NCBI GenBank assembly: GCA_047967505.1 | Contig: CM106538.1 | Source of the DNA: Dipteris shenzhenensis | Taxonomy: Eukaryota | Strand: one strand, 5' to 3' | DNA length: 64,000 bases | In this document: positions 46,498 to 59,517 of the stretch, piece by piece | Numbering within the stretch: position 1 is the stretch's first letter | Layout: every line of letters starts with the position of its first letter | Notes under the pieces: model-generated | Seen by the model: the letters and a program-made list of their open reading frames with translations, nothing else | Database searches by the model: none | What the model was told of the DNA's origin: nothing | Translations under genes and position numbers: made by a program

Positions 46498-49400
46498 AGA
46501 GCTCAGCCAGTAAGGTTTATTGGTTGAAGAAGCTGGTTGATCTTCGCATGAAGGAAGGTACAGCTATGACCTCACACTTGAGTGAGTTCAATGCCATCTT
46601 TACACAGCTGATTGCACAGGGGTTGAACCTTGATGAGGAGTTCAAGGCTACTTTCTTGTTGTGTACCCTCCCTGAGAGTTGGGACACTTTCAAGACCACC
46701 CTGTCCAATTCAAATGTCACTCTTATATATGCTGATGTAGAGAGCTCTCTCCTTATGGAGGAGATGAGCAGGAAGAATAATGCGGGCAGCAAGTCTTCAA
46801 ATGCTTTGCAGGTACAAGAAAGAGGCAGGACTCAGCAGAAGGGGAGATCTGCTAGTAAGTCCAAATCCCGCAGTCAGTCCCGTGGCAAAAAGGATATTGA
46901 ATGCTTTTATTGTGGCAAGAAGGGACATGTGAAGTCTAAGTGCTTCAAGTTTATACGGGATCAGAAAGCCAAGAAGGCTGAGGCAAAAGATGCAGGCAGT
47001 GGAAGCAAAGGAAAAGGCAAGGCCAAGGTAGATGACTTGGATGCAGTGAATGTTGCAGCAGAGGACAGTGACAGTGACAGACATGATGTTTTATGCTCTT
47101 CTGCTGTTATTGCACATACATTGGTTGTTGATGGCCATGACATGCACACCTGGCTCTTGGATTCAGGTGCTTCTTTTCATGTTACTCCTCATAGGGAGTG
47201 GTTTACTTCCTACACAGGTACTCATGGAGTTGTTCACCTTGGGAACAACTATGCATGTCAGATTGTAGGGATTGGCAGTATACAGATAGTATTCTCTGAT
47301 GGACGCATATTTATGCTTGATGGTGTTCGCCATGTGCCGCAAATCAAGAAAAATCTGATTAGCACTGGCTTGTTGGATGACAGTGGTTACCACACCACAT
47401 TTGGGGATTCCAAATGGGTGATTACTGATGGCCAGGTTGTAGTGGCTGAGGGTTATAAGAGTGATACCTTGTACCCTCTTTATGTTTCCAGTGTAGGTAA
47501 TCATGTTGTTGCCATAACCGAGCTGCCGAAGGTTTCATTGTGGCATAGCCGGTTGGGACACATGTTCGTTAAAGGAATGCAAGAACTGTCACGTTTGGGT
47601 TATCTGCCGTCTCTTTCATTTTCAGATTTGCCTACTTGTGATCATTGCATTTTCGGAAAGCATTCTATGACTCCTCATAAGAGGAGAACTCCCCAGAATA
47701 GAGCACCGCTTGATCTAGTGCACACTGATTTGTGTGAGATGCCACAGCTATCACTAGGGGGTGCAAAGTATTTCATTACTTTTATTGATGATGCCACACG
47801 CAAAGTGTGGGTCTATTTCTTGAAGCATAAGAGCGATGCCTTAGATGCTTTCAAGAAGTTTGTCGCTCAGGTTGAGAATCGGACAGGTCGCAGGCTGAAA
47901 TGCCTCAGATCCGATAATGGGGGTGAGTATGTGTCACATGCTTTTGTACAGTTTTGCGAAGCTAAGGGCATTAAACAGGAACTCACAGCCCCTCATAATG
48001 CATCTCAAAATGGTGTGAGTGAGCGGATGAATCGAACTATTCAGGAGAAGGTTCGATGTATGTTGTCTTATGCTGCATTGCCCCATGGCTTTTGGGCAGA
48101 AGCCGTGCAAACAGCAGTTCACATAATTAACAGGTCGCCGAACAAGGCTTTGGAGTTGAAAGTGCCAGAGGAGGTGTGGTCTGGCAAGCCACCTTCATAT
48201 AAGCACTTACGTGTGTTTGGCTGCGAGTGCTTTGCTCATATACGCAAAGAACTGCGCACCAAACTGGAGCCAAAGTCTTCCAAATGCATCTTTATGGGTT
48301 ATGGTGACGAAGGTGAAATGGGGTACAGGTTATGGGATCCCGTTAAACGGAAGATTATACGCAGCAATGATGTCATCTTTAAAGAGGATAGTGTACACAA
48401 AGAACCCGTGCAACTTGTGGAATACAGGAGGGTTATTTATGATGTCGGACAGCAAAGAATGCCCATTTATATGCAGCAGCAGGCTGCTGCAGATAACCCT
48501 GTTCAAGAGGGTATACAGGCTGAAAATCAGCCAGATAATTTTGCCAATGATGCACCACTGGATATGCCAGCAAATGGGGCTGTAGAACAGCCAAATATGG
48601 TGGTACAGCCACCCGTCATGCATGACGAACAGGCTAGACAGCAGCCTAATCCGGAACATTTTGTTAGGAGGAGCACCCGTGTACAACGGCCTCCTGACAG
48701 GTTTGTTCCAGGAGCCAATAATGTGGCTGATTTTATCATGCTGACAGATTGTGGTGAGCCTTCCAGCTTCAAGGAAGCTATGGGAAGAACAGAGAAAAGG
48801 AAGTGGGAGAAAGCCATGCAATCTGAAATGGACTCCCTACTTCAAAATGATACATGGGACTTGGTGCAGCTACCTGCAGGCAGAAAGGTTTTGCCATGCA
48901 AGTGGGTTTACAAAGTCAAAGTGGATTCAAATGCTTTACCGAGGTATAAGGTCAGATTGGTTGCCAAGGGATTTAACTAGGAGAAGGGCATTGACTTTGA
49001 TGAGATCTTTTCCCCTGTAGTCAAGATGACTACTTTGAGAGCAGTGTTAGCTCTTGTTGCTCATGAGGACATGGATTTATGTCGGATGGATGTGAAGACT
49101 GCTTTTCTTCACGGAGATCTCCATGATGAGATCTATACGAGTCAGCCAAAGGGATATGCTGTTAAAGGGAAAGAGCAGCTTGTGTGTAAGCTCAAGAGGA
49201 GCTTGTATGGACTCAAGCAGGTGCCAAGAGAATGGTACAAGAAGTTTGATGCCTTCATGCAGTCCCAAGGGTATCATAGGTGTGAGACCGATCATTGCTT
49301 GTACACCAAACGGGCAAAGGATGGCAGTTTGATGCTACTCATTCTATATGTGGATGACATGCTGATTGCCAGTAAATCTCAGCATGAGATTAGTGCTTTA

Positions 49401-50729
49401 AAGAAACAACTGCATAAGTCTTTTGACATGAAAGACTTGGGTGATGCAAACCATATTCTTGGCATGCGGATTACTCGTGACAGGTCCAAGGGACTTTTGT
49501 TTCTGTCACAGAAGGAGTTCATTGACAAAGTACTGCAGAGGTTTAAAATGGAGGGGGGGAAGTCTATTAGTACCCCGTTGCCTCCACATTTAAAACTCAG
49601 CAGTAAGGACAGCCCCAGATCAGATGATGATAAGGCTGAAATGGCCAAGGTTCCGTATGCATCTGCAGTTGGTTCTTTGATGTATGCCATGGTTGCCACT
49701 CGTCCTGATATTGTTTTTGCGGTGGGAGTCATCAGCAGGTATATGGCAAATCCAGGCAAGCGGCACTGGGAAGCAGTGAAAGGTGTCTTGAGGTATCTCA
49801 AGGGTACCAAAGACTTGTGCATATGCTATGGTAGGCAGGATACATTGGTGCATGGTTTTACAGATTCAAACTATGCAGGGAATGCAGATAACCGGAAGTC
49901 TACTACCGGTTATATTTTCACATTTGCAGGAGGTGCTATATCATGGGTGTCTCGGTTGCAGAAATGCGTTGCACTGTCAACCACTGAAGCTGAATATGTT
50001 GCAGCCACTGAGGCTTGCAAGGAAGCAATATGGCTTACTCGGCTGGAGGGAGATTTGGGCATTACAGGAGATATGCCAGTTTTGCATTGTGATAGTCAGA
50101 GTGCTATCATGTTGGCATAGAATCCGGTCTTTCATCAAAAGACCAAGCACATAGATGTGAAATACCATTTCATCAGGGAGGTACTGGAAGACAAGCGACT
50201 TGAGCTTGTGAAGGTGCATACTGATGATAATCCTGCAGATTTGCTCACTAAGAGCTTGCCTACAGAGCGGTTTGCACATTGCCGCCACATCATGGGATTA
50301 GGATGAGACCATTCTTATTTTATGGTCTTGTATACAGTAACTGTATATTGCTGTAATTTTTATTCTTTTCTCCCCTTTAGGCACATTGGCCTTTAGGTGG
50401 GAGGTTGTTGGGGTAAAGGCACATTGCCACCCCTTTATTAAAGATATGACACCTATGACTGTCTTAAGACAGTCATAGGGTGAAAAACCTAATCCTAATA
50501 AAACCTATGAGTTTGTGGTGTGGCTCATCACTTCACACCCACATCTTTTGTGTCACCCCTCTCTGTCACTCTCTCCCCATTGTACTTCTCCCTCTCTCTT
50601 TCCCTCTCAGTACCTCCATCTCTTTGATATGTAGAAGTTGCTTTGTGACATTGTGTGTTTCACCTGAGGTACTATAACTGGCCTTTCACTGTCAAAGGGC
50701 AGTAAATATTACTCTAATTTCTCACAACA
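46498..50729 (+). mobile_element. Ty1/Copia C, 5'-truncated, with 3' LTR at 50406-50729
   Basis: CFYCGKKGHVKSKC, WLLDSGASFH, LWHSRLGH, RSDNGGEY, YVDDMLIA, HQKTKHID. PPT GGTGGGAGG followed by TGTTG...CAACA. In-frame TAG stops at 48978 and 50118. Confidence 0.93.
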
Positions 50730-51757
50730 TTAAAATACAATCACCATGTTCCATTGCCATTGCCCAAACACAATACTCAGATCATACAATTCCTCAGCAT
50801 AGCATTAGTGAATCACAAAAACAAGGGAGGCTAGAATGCCCCTACTCAATAAGCATACACAGTGACACCTGTTGGCCCCAACACTTGGTGCCCCTTGCGG
50901 TATTTATTTATTCACTGGTTAGTTCAATTACAAGGGACTCCTTGCCTGAACTCACCCGCAGGTGCAACCCACTACAATGCCAACCCGTGGCTGTGTAAGT
51001 GACCAACTCCTAGTGCTATCCTCTTGGTTCCCTTCAGTAGCCAAGCATATCACAAGCGGAATAACCCAACATCATACCAAGCAATGCATCCACACAAATC
51101 AAAGCCATCATTGAGTCCAAGGCTTGCCACTGCTTCCCCAGGAAGAGAGTATCACAACCAGTTCCCCAATCCTCTTCCGGGCCAATGGTAGGGCATCCAA
51201 CCATCCAAAACTCAGCAAGAGTAGCAGTTGCACAAAGTAGAAGAAGAAGACAAGAGTTCGGCCAGCAAATGGAGCCTGTTTCAGCTCGAAACAGCCTCAA
51301 AAGATGGTTGACCAGTAGATAGCAGACTCTGGTAGGAGGGAGCTGTCCTTGACTGACCGGAAAAGTCACAAAAGAAGTCGTCCAGCAATCAGCAAGAAAT
51401 CCGCCATGAATTCGTCCACCAAAGTGAGGATTCCAGCTCACAGCAACCTCATAATTCAGTGCGCATAGCACCAGACAGGCGCCAGGAGATAGGCGATCAA
51501 GAATATGGCCTTAGACAATGAAAAGGAAGCATTTTGTCATGAAGAATGTCGTGAAGCATTCTTGTTGCACATTCAATTATAGGTACCCTTTGGACATTAA
51601 TTAATGCTCCTAGCCTAGCACCCCTAGGCCAAATTCAGTGGCGGTTAGTTTAATCACTTTGCCATCATGTCCCCGTGACAGGTACTGCCTTCTGATAGTA
51701 CATTGGCCTTTGGACTTCTATGATTAGTGTACTAGTCACTATGAGGTTTTTGCAGTG

Positions 51758-54700
51758 CTTCAACAAAGATTGTATCCGGTTCAAGTGAGTGCCCAGCGAG
51801 CTCCCTCCCTCCCCGTCGTGCCCCGTCTACCCCCCCTCGCTTTCTGCGCGGCCCCTCCCTCTCCCTCCGCTAGCTGCTGCCGCGCAGCCAGCCCCCCCCT
51901 CTCTGCCACGCTCCTCCTCCTCTCCGCCACGGTCCCCCTCCCCCTCTCCTCATCGCTCCTCCGCTCGTCGCTCCCCCCCTCTCCTCGCCATGCTCCTTCA
52001 CCCCCCCTGCCTCACTCCTTGCCACTCCGCTCCGCTCACCCACCCCTCCCCGCCTTATCCCGCTCCGCTCCTCGTGCCTCGCCACCCGCCCGCTCGCTCA
52101 CCTCACCACCGCTCCGCTCACCTAACCCACCTGCCTCACCCGCTCCGCTCCACGTCCCCACCCTCTCCGCTCACCTCACCCCCTCTCCACTCACCTCACC
52201 CGATCTCCACTCCACTCACCTCACCCTACCCTCGCCTCGCCTCACCTCACCTCACCTCACCTCACCCGATCGCGCTTTTTTTTTTTTTTCGCTTCGCTTC
52301 CCATTCCTCCCCCCTTCCTTTTCCTTTTCGTTCCCCACCTTGGGAGTTCGCAGTTAGTCAAGCGATATGGCGGCTACGTGCCCGGAACCGGTGGCCCAGA
52401 CGGACCCCCCCCCTCCATCAGCCTATCGCGTCACATTGACAGAGCACCAGGTCTCCTTGGTGAAGCAGGCTGCCACGGACTTCTCCCAGACATCAGTTTA
52501 TGGGAGGGTCATTGGCTACTCCCCTTCACGAGCAGACATCAGGGACTGGTTGCAGTCCACCCTTTACCTCGAGGATAGTCACATTGAGGAGGTTGCACTC
52601 ATGGGACGTGGCATTTTCTGGCTTAAGCTCTCCTCAGCACAGGCTGCGAGCGACATGGTCAGACGATCCCCTACTTCTGTGGGTGGGAAGATCATTCTCA
52701 TGGTCCCTTGGTACAGGGGCTTCAGTGTAGCAGACTTCGACGCCCGCTTTCGTATTCCTCGACACCCAGTTACCCTTATCTTCCCAGGTCTCATAACCGA
52801 GCTTTGCCCGATCATCAAGGACCTGGGGGCGCACTTTGGTTGGCCTATGCAGGACACCTACATTGATGCGGCGGCAGTCCAAGGGGTGCCACATGTCAAA
52901 GTGGCAGTCCTTGATCCACAGAGCATCCCCTCGGAGTTCGAGATAGAGACAGATACAGGTGTGGTGACGCAGCGCATTCTGGTCACTGGTCGCCCAAACC
53001 AATGTCTGAGATGCCACGGCTTCGGGCACCAGGCTCGCTCATGTCCTCGCTTCACGGGTACGGAACCTCAGAAGACCCCCAGTCAGGCAGCTCAGGATAC
53101 TCCGCTCCAGTCAGCAACATCCCCTCCCGAAGGGGAAGGCTGGACGGAAGTCAAACGAAAACGGAAGGGCAACAAAGCAGGCCCCAAAAAACCTTCCCAG
53201 CCACAGCAAGAGCCTCCTCAGATGATCCCTACTCATCAGCAGCCCGGTAAGGGGAAGGAGAAAGGAAAGGAGAAGGTCAGCCAGCCTCCCCCTCAGCCCT
53301 CATCCCGCCCTCCCTCCCCTCCCCCCTCCTCCTCGATTCTCCGACCCCCACCCCCTCCAGGTTCCCCCCTTGCACCAGTGGTTTCCGCGCCACTCTCTTC
53401 CTCGAGCATGATACAGAAGGAATCCCCCCTCCTCCACCTGCACCACCTGCAGCCCCGAAGCTAGCACACACCTCACCCTCGTCCATCCCTCCGGGCCCGA
53501 CGGCGGGGATAGGCCCTTCCCCACAGGTGGCCAGCACCCCTCCCTCCGGTTCAGACTCCTCATCTTCGTCCCCAAGCCCAAGGGCTGCTCCTAGAGCTCT
53601 TCTATTGGAGTTCTATCGAGCAGGTCCTTGGGACTACTTGGATGCAGCGGGTATTGGCTCCTTTCCCGCATGCCTAGACATCAGCATCTTCTTCCTCCGC
53701 AAGGGGGCGGAGGGTAAGGTGTCCATTCTGGCTCCGCACGATGGTCCTAGCTATTCCTTCACTATCTCCAGTGAAGGGAGTGAGCAATGGACAAATGAAA
53801 ATGTTTGGGAGACGATACGTGACTAGACCTAGGAGCAGGTGCAGGACTGGAGTGGTAGCAGAGCAGCGGAGCTTCTTCAGTAGCAGTGGCAGGAGGGTGA
53901 TGTTCGTCTGCGTTGGCGCCATAGCGCCAAACGTTTTCGACTCTTGGTCATTATTAGGCCACCGCTGGAGTGGGCCTACGCGGAAGAGCTTCGCCGCTGG
54001 AGGACTTCAGAGGTTGCGGGCTTCTACGGCATTTCCTTGGCAGAGGCGTCGAGCTGGTTAGAGAGAGCTTATCACCACGAAACGAAGGGCCTTCCCCCTC
54101 TGCTGAAGGTTTTAGAGGATGGGTCCGATGATCCGACCTCTCCTTCGAAACCTTCATAGAAGCGCCTTCGTCTCCACACATGACATCCTCCGACCACTTC
54201 GACTTCGACCGCAAGCAGACAGCTGTTTGTAGCCCACCTTCCCTCCTCATGAGTTTACGCATTATCTCTTGAAATGTTAACGGGTTCCACTCATCAGGCA
54301 CCCGTGGCCCCAGGAAGATGGTGCTCAGACAGGAGCTCCAGCCAGCTTTGGTGGGAAAGGTAGATGTGCTCCTACTACAAGAATACAAGCTTTCGGCGTC
54401 ACAGACTAGTATTTGTGGGAAGGTCCTCACAGGACGCTCCCACACCTACTGGGAACCTTCGATTGGCGAGCAGGGGAGAAGCGGGGGTGTCTGCATCTCC
54501 ATCGATGCTTCTCTAGTTCAGCATGTGTTTGGTTTTGGCACTTTGATCCCAGGACGTGCGCTTTGGGTGGGCCTGCATATTGAGGGATCCCGCAGCGGTA
54601 TCCTCAATATCTACGCACCGACTGATCTCAGACGTAGATCCGTTTTTTGGAGATCCTTGACAGACCTGTTGCCAGAGATGGACTCTTGGATTGTAGGAGG

Positions 54701-56909
54701 GGACTTCAACAACCTTGAGACCTTAGAGGATCAGCAGGGAAGGGGCTCAGCGTTCCTCGGTATAGCTCAGGCAGAGCAGGCAGATTGGGACTCCTCTTTG
54801 CAGTGGGAGGTCGGGACAGCTGGAGGGAGCCGTCCTTTCGCAGATGGCTTGGGAGTCTGGACTTCTCTTGGGGCTACAGGAGGGAGGGAGGCAGACTCCT
54901 GGAGCGGCTGGACCGTTTCTATGTTAGTGATTGGGCGCTTGGCAGAGGAGGAGAGTCAGGAGTGGTTCTAGGGACGACACTTTCAGACCATGCCCCAGTC
55001 ATCCTAGTCCTGGACTCGGCCTCTCAGTCCTCACCTCCACGTTCATGCCGGATCCCAGATTCCATCTACACTAGAGCAGCGGTTCACAGCAGGATAGTGG
55101 ACCTTTGGGAGCAGGAGTGGGACCCCACCAGGGATATGGCAGCACAGGTAGCTCAGGCGCTTGCTGAGTCTAGTCACATTTGCCAGTAGGAGGCGATTCA
55201 GGTCAGACAGCGGTGTTGGGCACGGGAGAGGGGTCTCAGACGTGATCTCGCCTCGATTCAGAGGATGTAGCAGTCTTCTCCAGGCTCTGAGGAGCTCAGA
55301 CAGCCGGAGGTTCGGGCTCGAGCCATGCTAGAGGAGATTACCCAGCGTCGCTCAGAGTTTTTATTTCATGCTTCCAAGTCCTTCTGGGCTAGGAAAGACC
55401 ACAGGATGTGCAGAGAGTTCTTCAGGACTCATGGACAGAGGTCAGCAGGGGAGCAGCTCCGTTCTCTTAGGACGCAGGATGGTAGTGTCAGGACAGACCA
55501 GATGAGGTCCGGGACTTGGCGACAGACTTCTACAGATCATTATTCCAGCAGGAGCCCCCAGATCCTCGTGGCCGCATTTGTAGGGAGGAGGTGGAGATCT
55601 ACACCGAGACTCGTGCAGCCCAGCACGAGCGACACCCTTCTCGCACCTTTCACTGTTGCGGAGATGCAGGATGCGGTGAGTGCTATTGATGGGCAGAAAT
55701 GCCCAGGTGAGGATGGCCTCTCTAGAGCTTTCTTCACCACCTTTTGGGAGCAGATCCACCGACCCTTGCTCGCAGCCTTCCAGCACATCTTCTCCAGTGG
55801 GCAGATGCCAGAGAGCCTTGCGACAGGCTTGATTTGCCTCATCCCCAAAGGGGGGGACCGCCAGGAGATCAGACAGTGGCGCCCAATCACCCTCCTCCCG
55901 ACCGCCTACAAAATCCTCGCCAAGATGATCAGCAGTCGCATCCGCCCCCTGCTACACGACTTGATTCATGACACCCAGACTGGTTTTGTCCAAGATCGCA
56001 GCATCTTGGACAACATCTTCACTCTCTCAGAGGCGACGGAATGGACCCAACACAGTGGCCAGCACCTTGCCATACTCCTTCTCGACTTTGAGAAGGCATA
56101 CGACAGGGTAGACTGGTCCTTCTTGGAAGGTACACTCGCTCGGTTCGGTTTCCCGGAGGAGTGGATCAGAGGTATTGCTAGCCCTTACAGATCGGCCTCC
56201 ATTTGGGTTATCATTAGCGACAGGATGGGGGAGAGATTCACACTTGAGCGCTCGGTGCGTCAGGGCTGTCCATTAGCGCCTTACCTCTTCCTATTTTTTG
56301 CGGAGGCCATGACACACTTCCTTCGATCTCGTACCACTGGTCTTCGCGGGATGTGTCTCCCTATTCGAGAGGATGCCGAGCTGTTGGACTCCGAGTATGC
56401 AGACGACACAGTCCTATATGTGCAGGATGATGTCGAGTCACTGGAGCGAGTGAGACTATCCCTAGAGATTTTTTGCCTTGCAGCTGGGGCGAAAATCAAC
56501 TGGCATAAGTCAGTTGGTTTTCTTACAGATCCGGGAGCCAGCTCACAGTGGGGTATTTTCGCTGGATCCCTAGAGGACAGACGACACGTTACCTGGGATT
56601 CCAGGTAGGCCTGGACATCACACCGGCTCAGCAGTTCTTGCCGGTCCTAGCCTCCATACGACGGAAGCTTGCTTTCTGGAGCACGGCTCGGCTTTCCTTT
56701 GCAGGCAGGGCCCTTGTGGTCAACCAGGTCCTCCTCCAACGTGGTTGTTTGTCCACTCTTCGATGATTATGCCCTAGGAGGCTTGTATTTAGCATTTTGA
56801 CTTCTCAGGCTGAATCCGTTTTGTGATTACAGCCTGCTGGCCTTCAGGCCTTCTTGTACTCTCGCTTTCAAGTAATATAACTAGCACTACTTTTTGCGCA
56901 AAAAAAAAA
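51758..56909 (+). mobile_element. L1/Tx1-type LINE copy 2 (same family as copy 1), with an internal ORF2 deletion
   Basis: 15-bp TSD GAGGTTTTTGCAGTG at 51743-51757 and 56910-56924, poly(A) at ~56900-56909. ORF1 from 52367 (CLRCHGFGHQARSC), ORF2 from 54249 (APE and RT motifs). Confidence 0.92.
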
Positions 56910-57091
56910 GAGGTTTTTGCAGTGTATATGGATTGCCGCCCTAGGCTTTGAACGATCATATATGCTAAGGCTATGTGAGTTTGTAATACATGCTTTAATG
57001 GTGGTATATTCACATGTATTTTAGTTATTGTATTTCCTAGTAACATCCAGATGCAGTCGAGGACACTTGCCATCATGCATAAAGAGAGGTA

Positions 57092-59517
57092 TGTTAGGAG
57101 GGCATGAGTTTTGTACGTGCGTGGAGCTGGACCTTGGAAAACTGAGTGGGCAGGGCTTTGGGATGTGGGTAAGCAAAGTTTCCCCCAGGAAATTCTCTCT
57201 CGGGGTGAATTTTGGTTTTCGCCCTCAAGAGAGGGGCAAAGAACCTTAGAACTTTAAGTAGGTCATTCGTTGGCCTTTAAAATTCGCCCACTAGAAGGGG
57301 CAATGGGGGCAAATGAGGTGGGGATGCCACGTGGAGGTGGGGATGCCACGTGGCATGTCCCCATGCCTTGGGTCAATTTGGCAAGAAAGACTTTGGAAGG
57401 ATCTGGTTGGCCGACGCTCGTACGGAGGGCAACGTGAGCTAGGGGCTGGAAGGGGATTTCCGCCTGGGAGCTATTGGGCGAGCTGCTGGTCATCACGCGG
57501 GCGTGGACACAGGCTGGTCAATTGGCTGTGTATGGACTGTGTAGGGCTTGGCTATACACTTGTGTACGGAGGCTCATACGCTGTTGTACGGATTGCATAT
57601 GTGCATATACGGCCTTAGTATGGGCTGCTGAAAGGCTGCGATTGGTCCGTGTAGGGTGTTCATGGGGATGCAGTACGGATGTACGGACGATCATGTGCAT
57701 GTGTAGGTGTGTATACGGACGGTTGGTACGATTGTGTACGAACTGCAATCGTATGGCTGAGACTTGAGTATGGGCTCCTGGAGGTCTTTTTACGGGCAGA
57801 GTACGGGGCTGTGAGCAGGGCTTGTACAGACTATGCTGAGATGTACGGATTGTTTCCATCAAATGCTCACGAGCTGTTTCCAAGGCTTCGTCAATGTTTT
57901 TGTCAAATGATCATGAGCTGCTCTGGGTGAGCTGGATGGTCATATAGGGACTTTGCCTTTAACTGCGAATTGATAGAGAAGGGCTAGCTGATCCCATTGG
58001 AGCTCTTGTCACGTGGGGACGATGCTGGCTGATTAGATATGACTTTTCTCACTGCAGTGAGCAGGTGGGTATACAAGTGGGCACTTGAGGTGGATTGTGT
58101 GACCAAGTCTTGGCTGCTAGAAACTGTCCTAGGCTGAGTGTAATCCTTTTGGAACTGAAATGGATGCTCTTTTGCTATGCTTGATGAGGACAATTTCAAT
58201 AGTGATTATCCAATGGTTTCCCCAAGAGAGAGTGTATATATAGGCAGTGGTTTCTAGGCAGAGGGCACATGATTGGTACAGCCTCGTGGGCTGAATAGAC
58301 AGGGGTCGGGAATCCATGCTTGAGATTGGAAGGTATGACTGGACTCTAGAGAGAGACAGAACTGAAAGCCTTCATTATGTCTTTATTTGAGTATCACTAC
58401 TTCACTCTCTAGCCTCTCTCTTTCTCTCACTCACACCATGTTTCTAACATGGTATCAGAGCGACCTTCCATAGCTGCCACATCACCCTAGCCCTAACCCT
58501 AATTACTAACCCTTATTCCGTTCAGCTTCCTCCTCCTTGCAGCTGCCTCATTTCCACCTCTAGCTGCCTTCTTCCCTCAGCCATATGCTTCCATTTCTGC
58601 CTGTCCACAGCCCGCCTCCATTGCTGCCTTCATACGAGACCTTTTGGAGCTTTGGGTGCTGCTTCACGGCCTTTATTGCTTGCTGGTCAGCAAGGTGTGG
58701 TTTCCAAGGTTGTTGTGGAGCTCTCCATCATCGAATTTAGGGTTTTTGGGCTGTTGTCGCATAGCCACCTTCAACAGAGCAATCTTGGAGGTTTTCAATG
58801 CCAAGAACAGCCTTTTATTGCTGTTGCTGTGTACTCGGCCACTTGACAGCATTATTTGCAGTACTTCGAGGCCTTTGAAGGCATTTTGGAGCAGTTTTTG
58901 GGCTTCCAGCATCTCTACATTAACCACCTTTCACATAGGCAACCTGTTTTTGCAGTTCGAAGTGCTCTTGTGAGCCGTTTTGAGGGGTTTGGACCTGTTG
59001 CAGCACTCAGTTCGACATTTCGAGGTGTATCTTTGATGCTCTCAGATTTGGATTCACATTTGGAGCATCACTAGGCATGCATCTGTTCTTTTGCACACAA
59101 GGAGATTGCTCTTCTCTTTTGAAGCCATGACCAGCCCATTTCTTTGCTGCTTCTGCTGCTTCTTCATCTTAGCTTGCTGCCCGCCTTCACGCAAGTCTTT
59201 GCCATCATGACTTCATTGTCTTCTACTTGCTCGTGGAGAAGTTTAAGGGGTAGGGTTTTCCCACATTGCAAACCAAAGTGCAACTACTCCTTATGCGTGA
59301 AGGAGTTTGGGGTGTTGTTGAGGATGACCCAAAGGATTTGGAAACAACAGAAAGCTAAGGCCATTGCCCTCATTGGTCTTTGCTTAGCCGACACTCTCAT
59401 CCATCATGTGGATTTCAAGTCGATAGCTAAGCAGATTTGGAATCGCCTCGAGACCTTGTTTGGTAATAAAATCACCAACTCTAAAGTCTTTCTGAAGCTC
59501 AAGTTTTATGATTTGAA
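57092..59517 (+). mobile_element. Ty1/Copia E fragment: 5' LTR (~57092-58449), PBS, leader and gag start
   Basis: TGTTAG...CTAACA followed directly by TGGTATCAGAGC (58450-58461). Gag-like KAIALIGLCLAD..AKQIWNRLETLF..FLKLKFY. Ends abruptly against the Copia D LTR. Confidence 0.75.

Noticed and set aside
50730-51742. ORF 51034-51471 and surrounding sequence as a gene
   Set aside because: No recognisable motifs or splice structure. Left unassigned.
58485-58512. Interstitial telomere repeat (CCCTAG/CCCTAA)
   Set aside because: Only three or four imperfect units within a retroelement leader; also seen at ~27765-27840.
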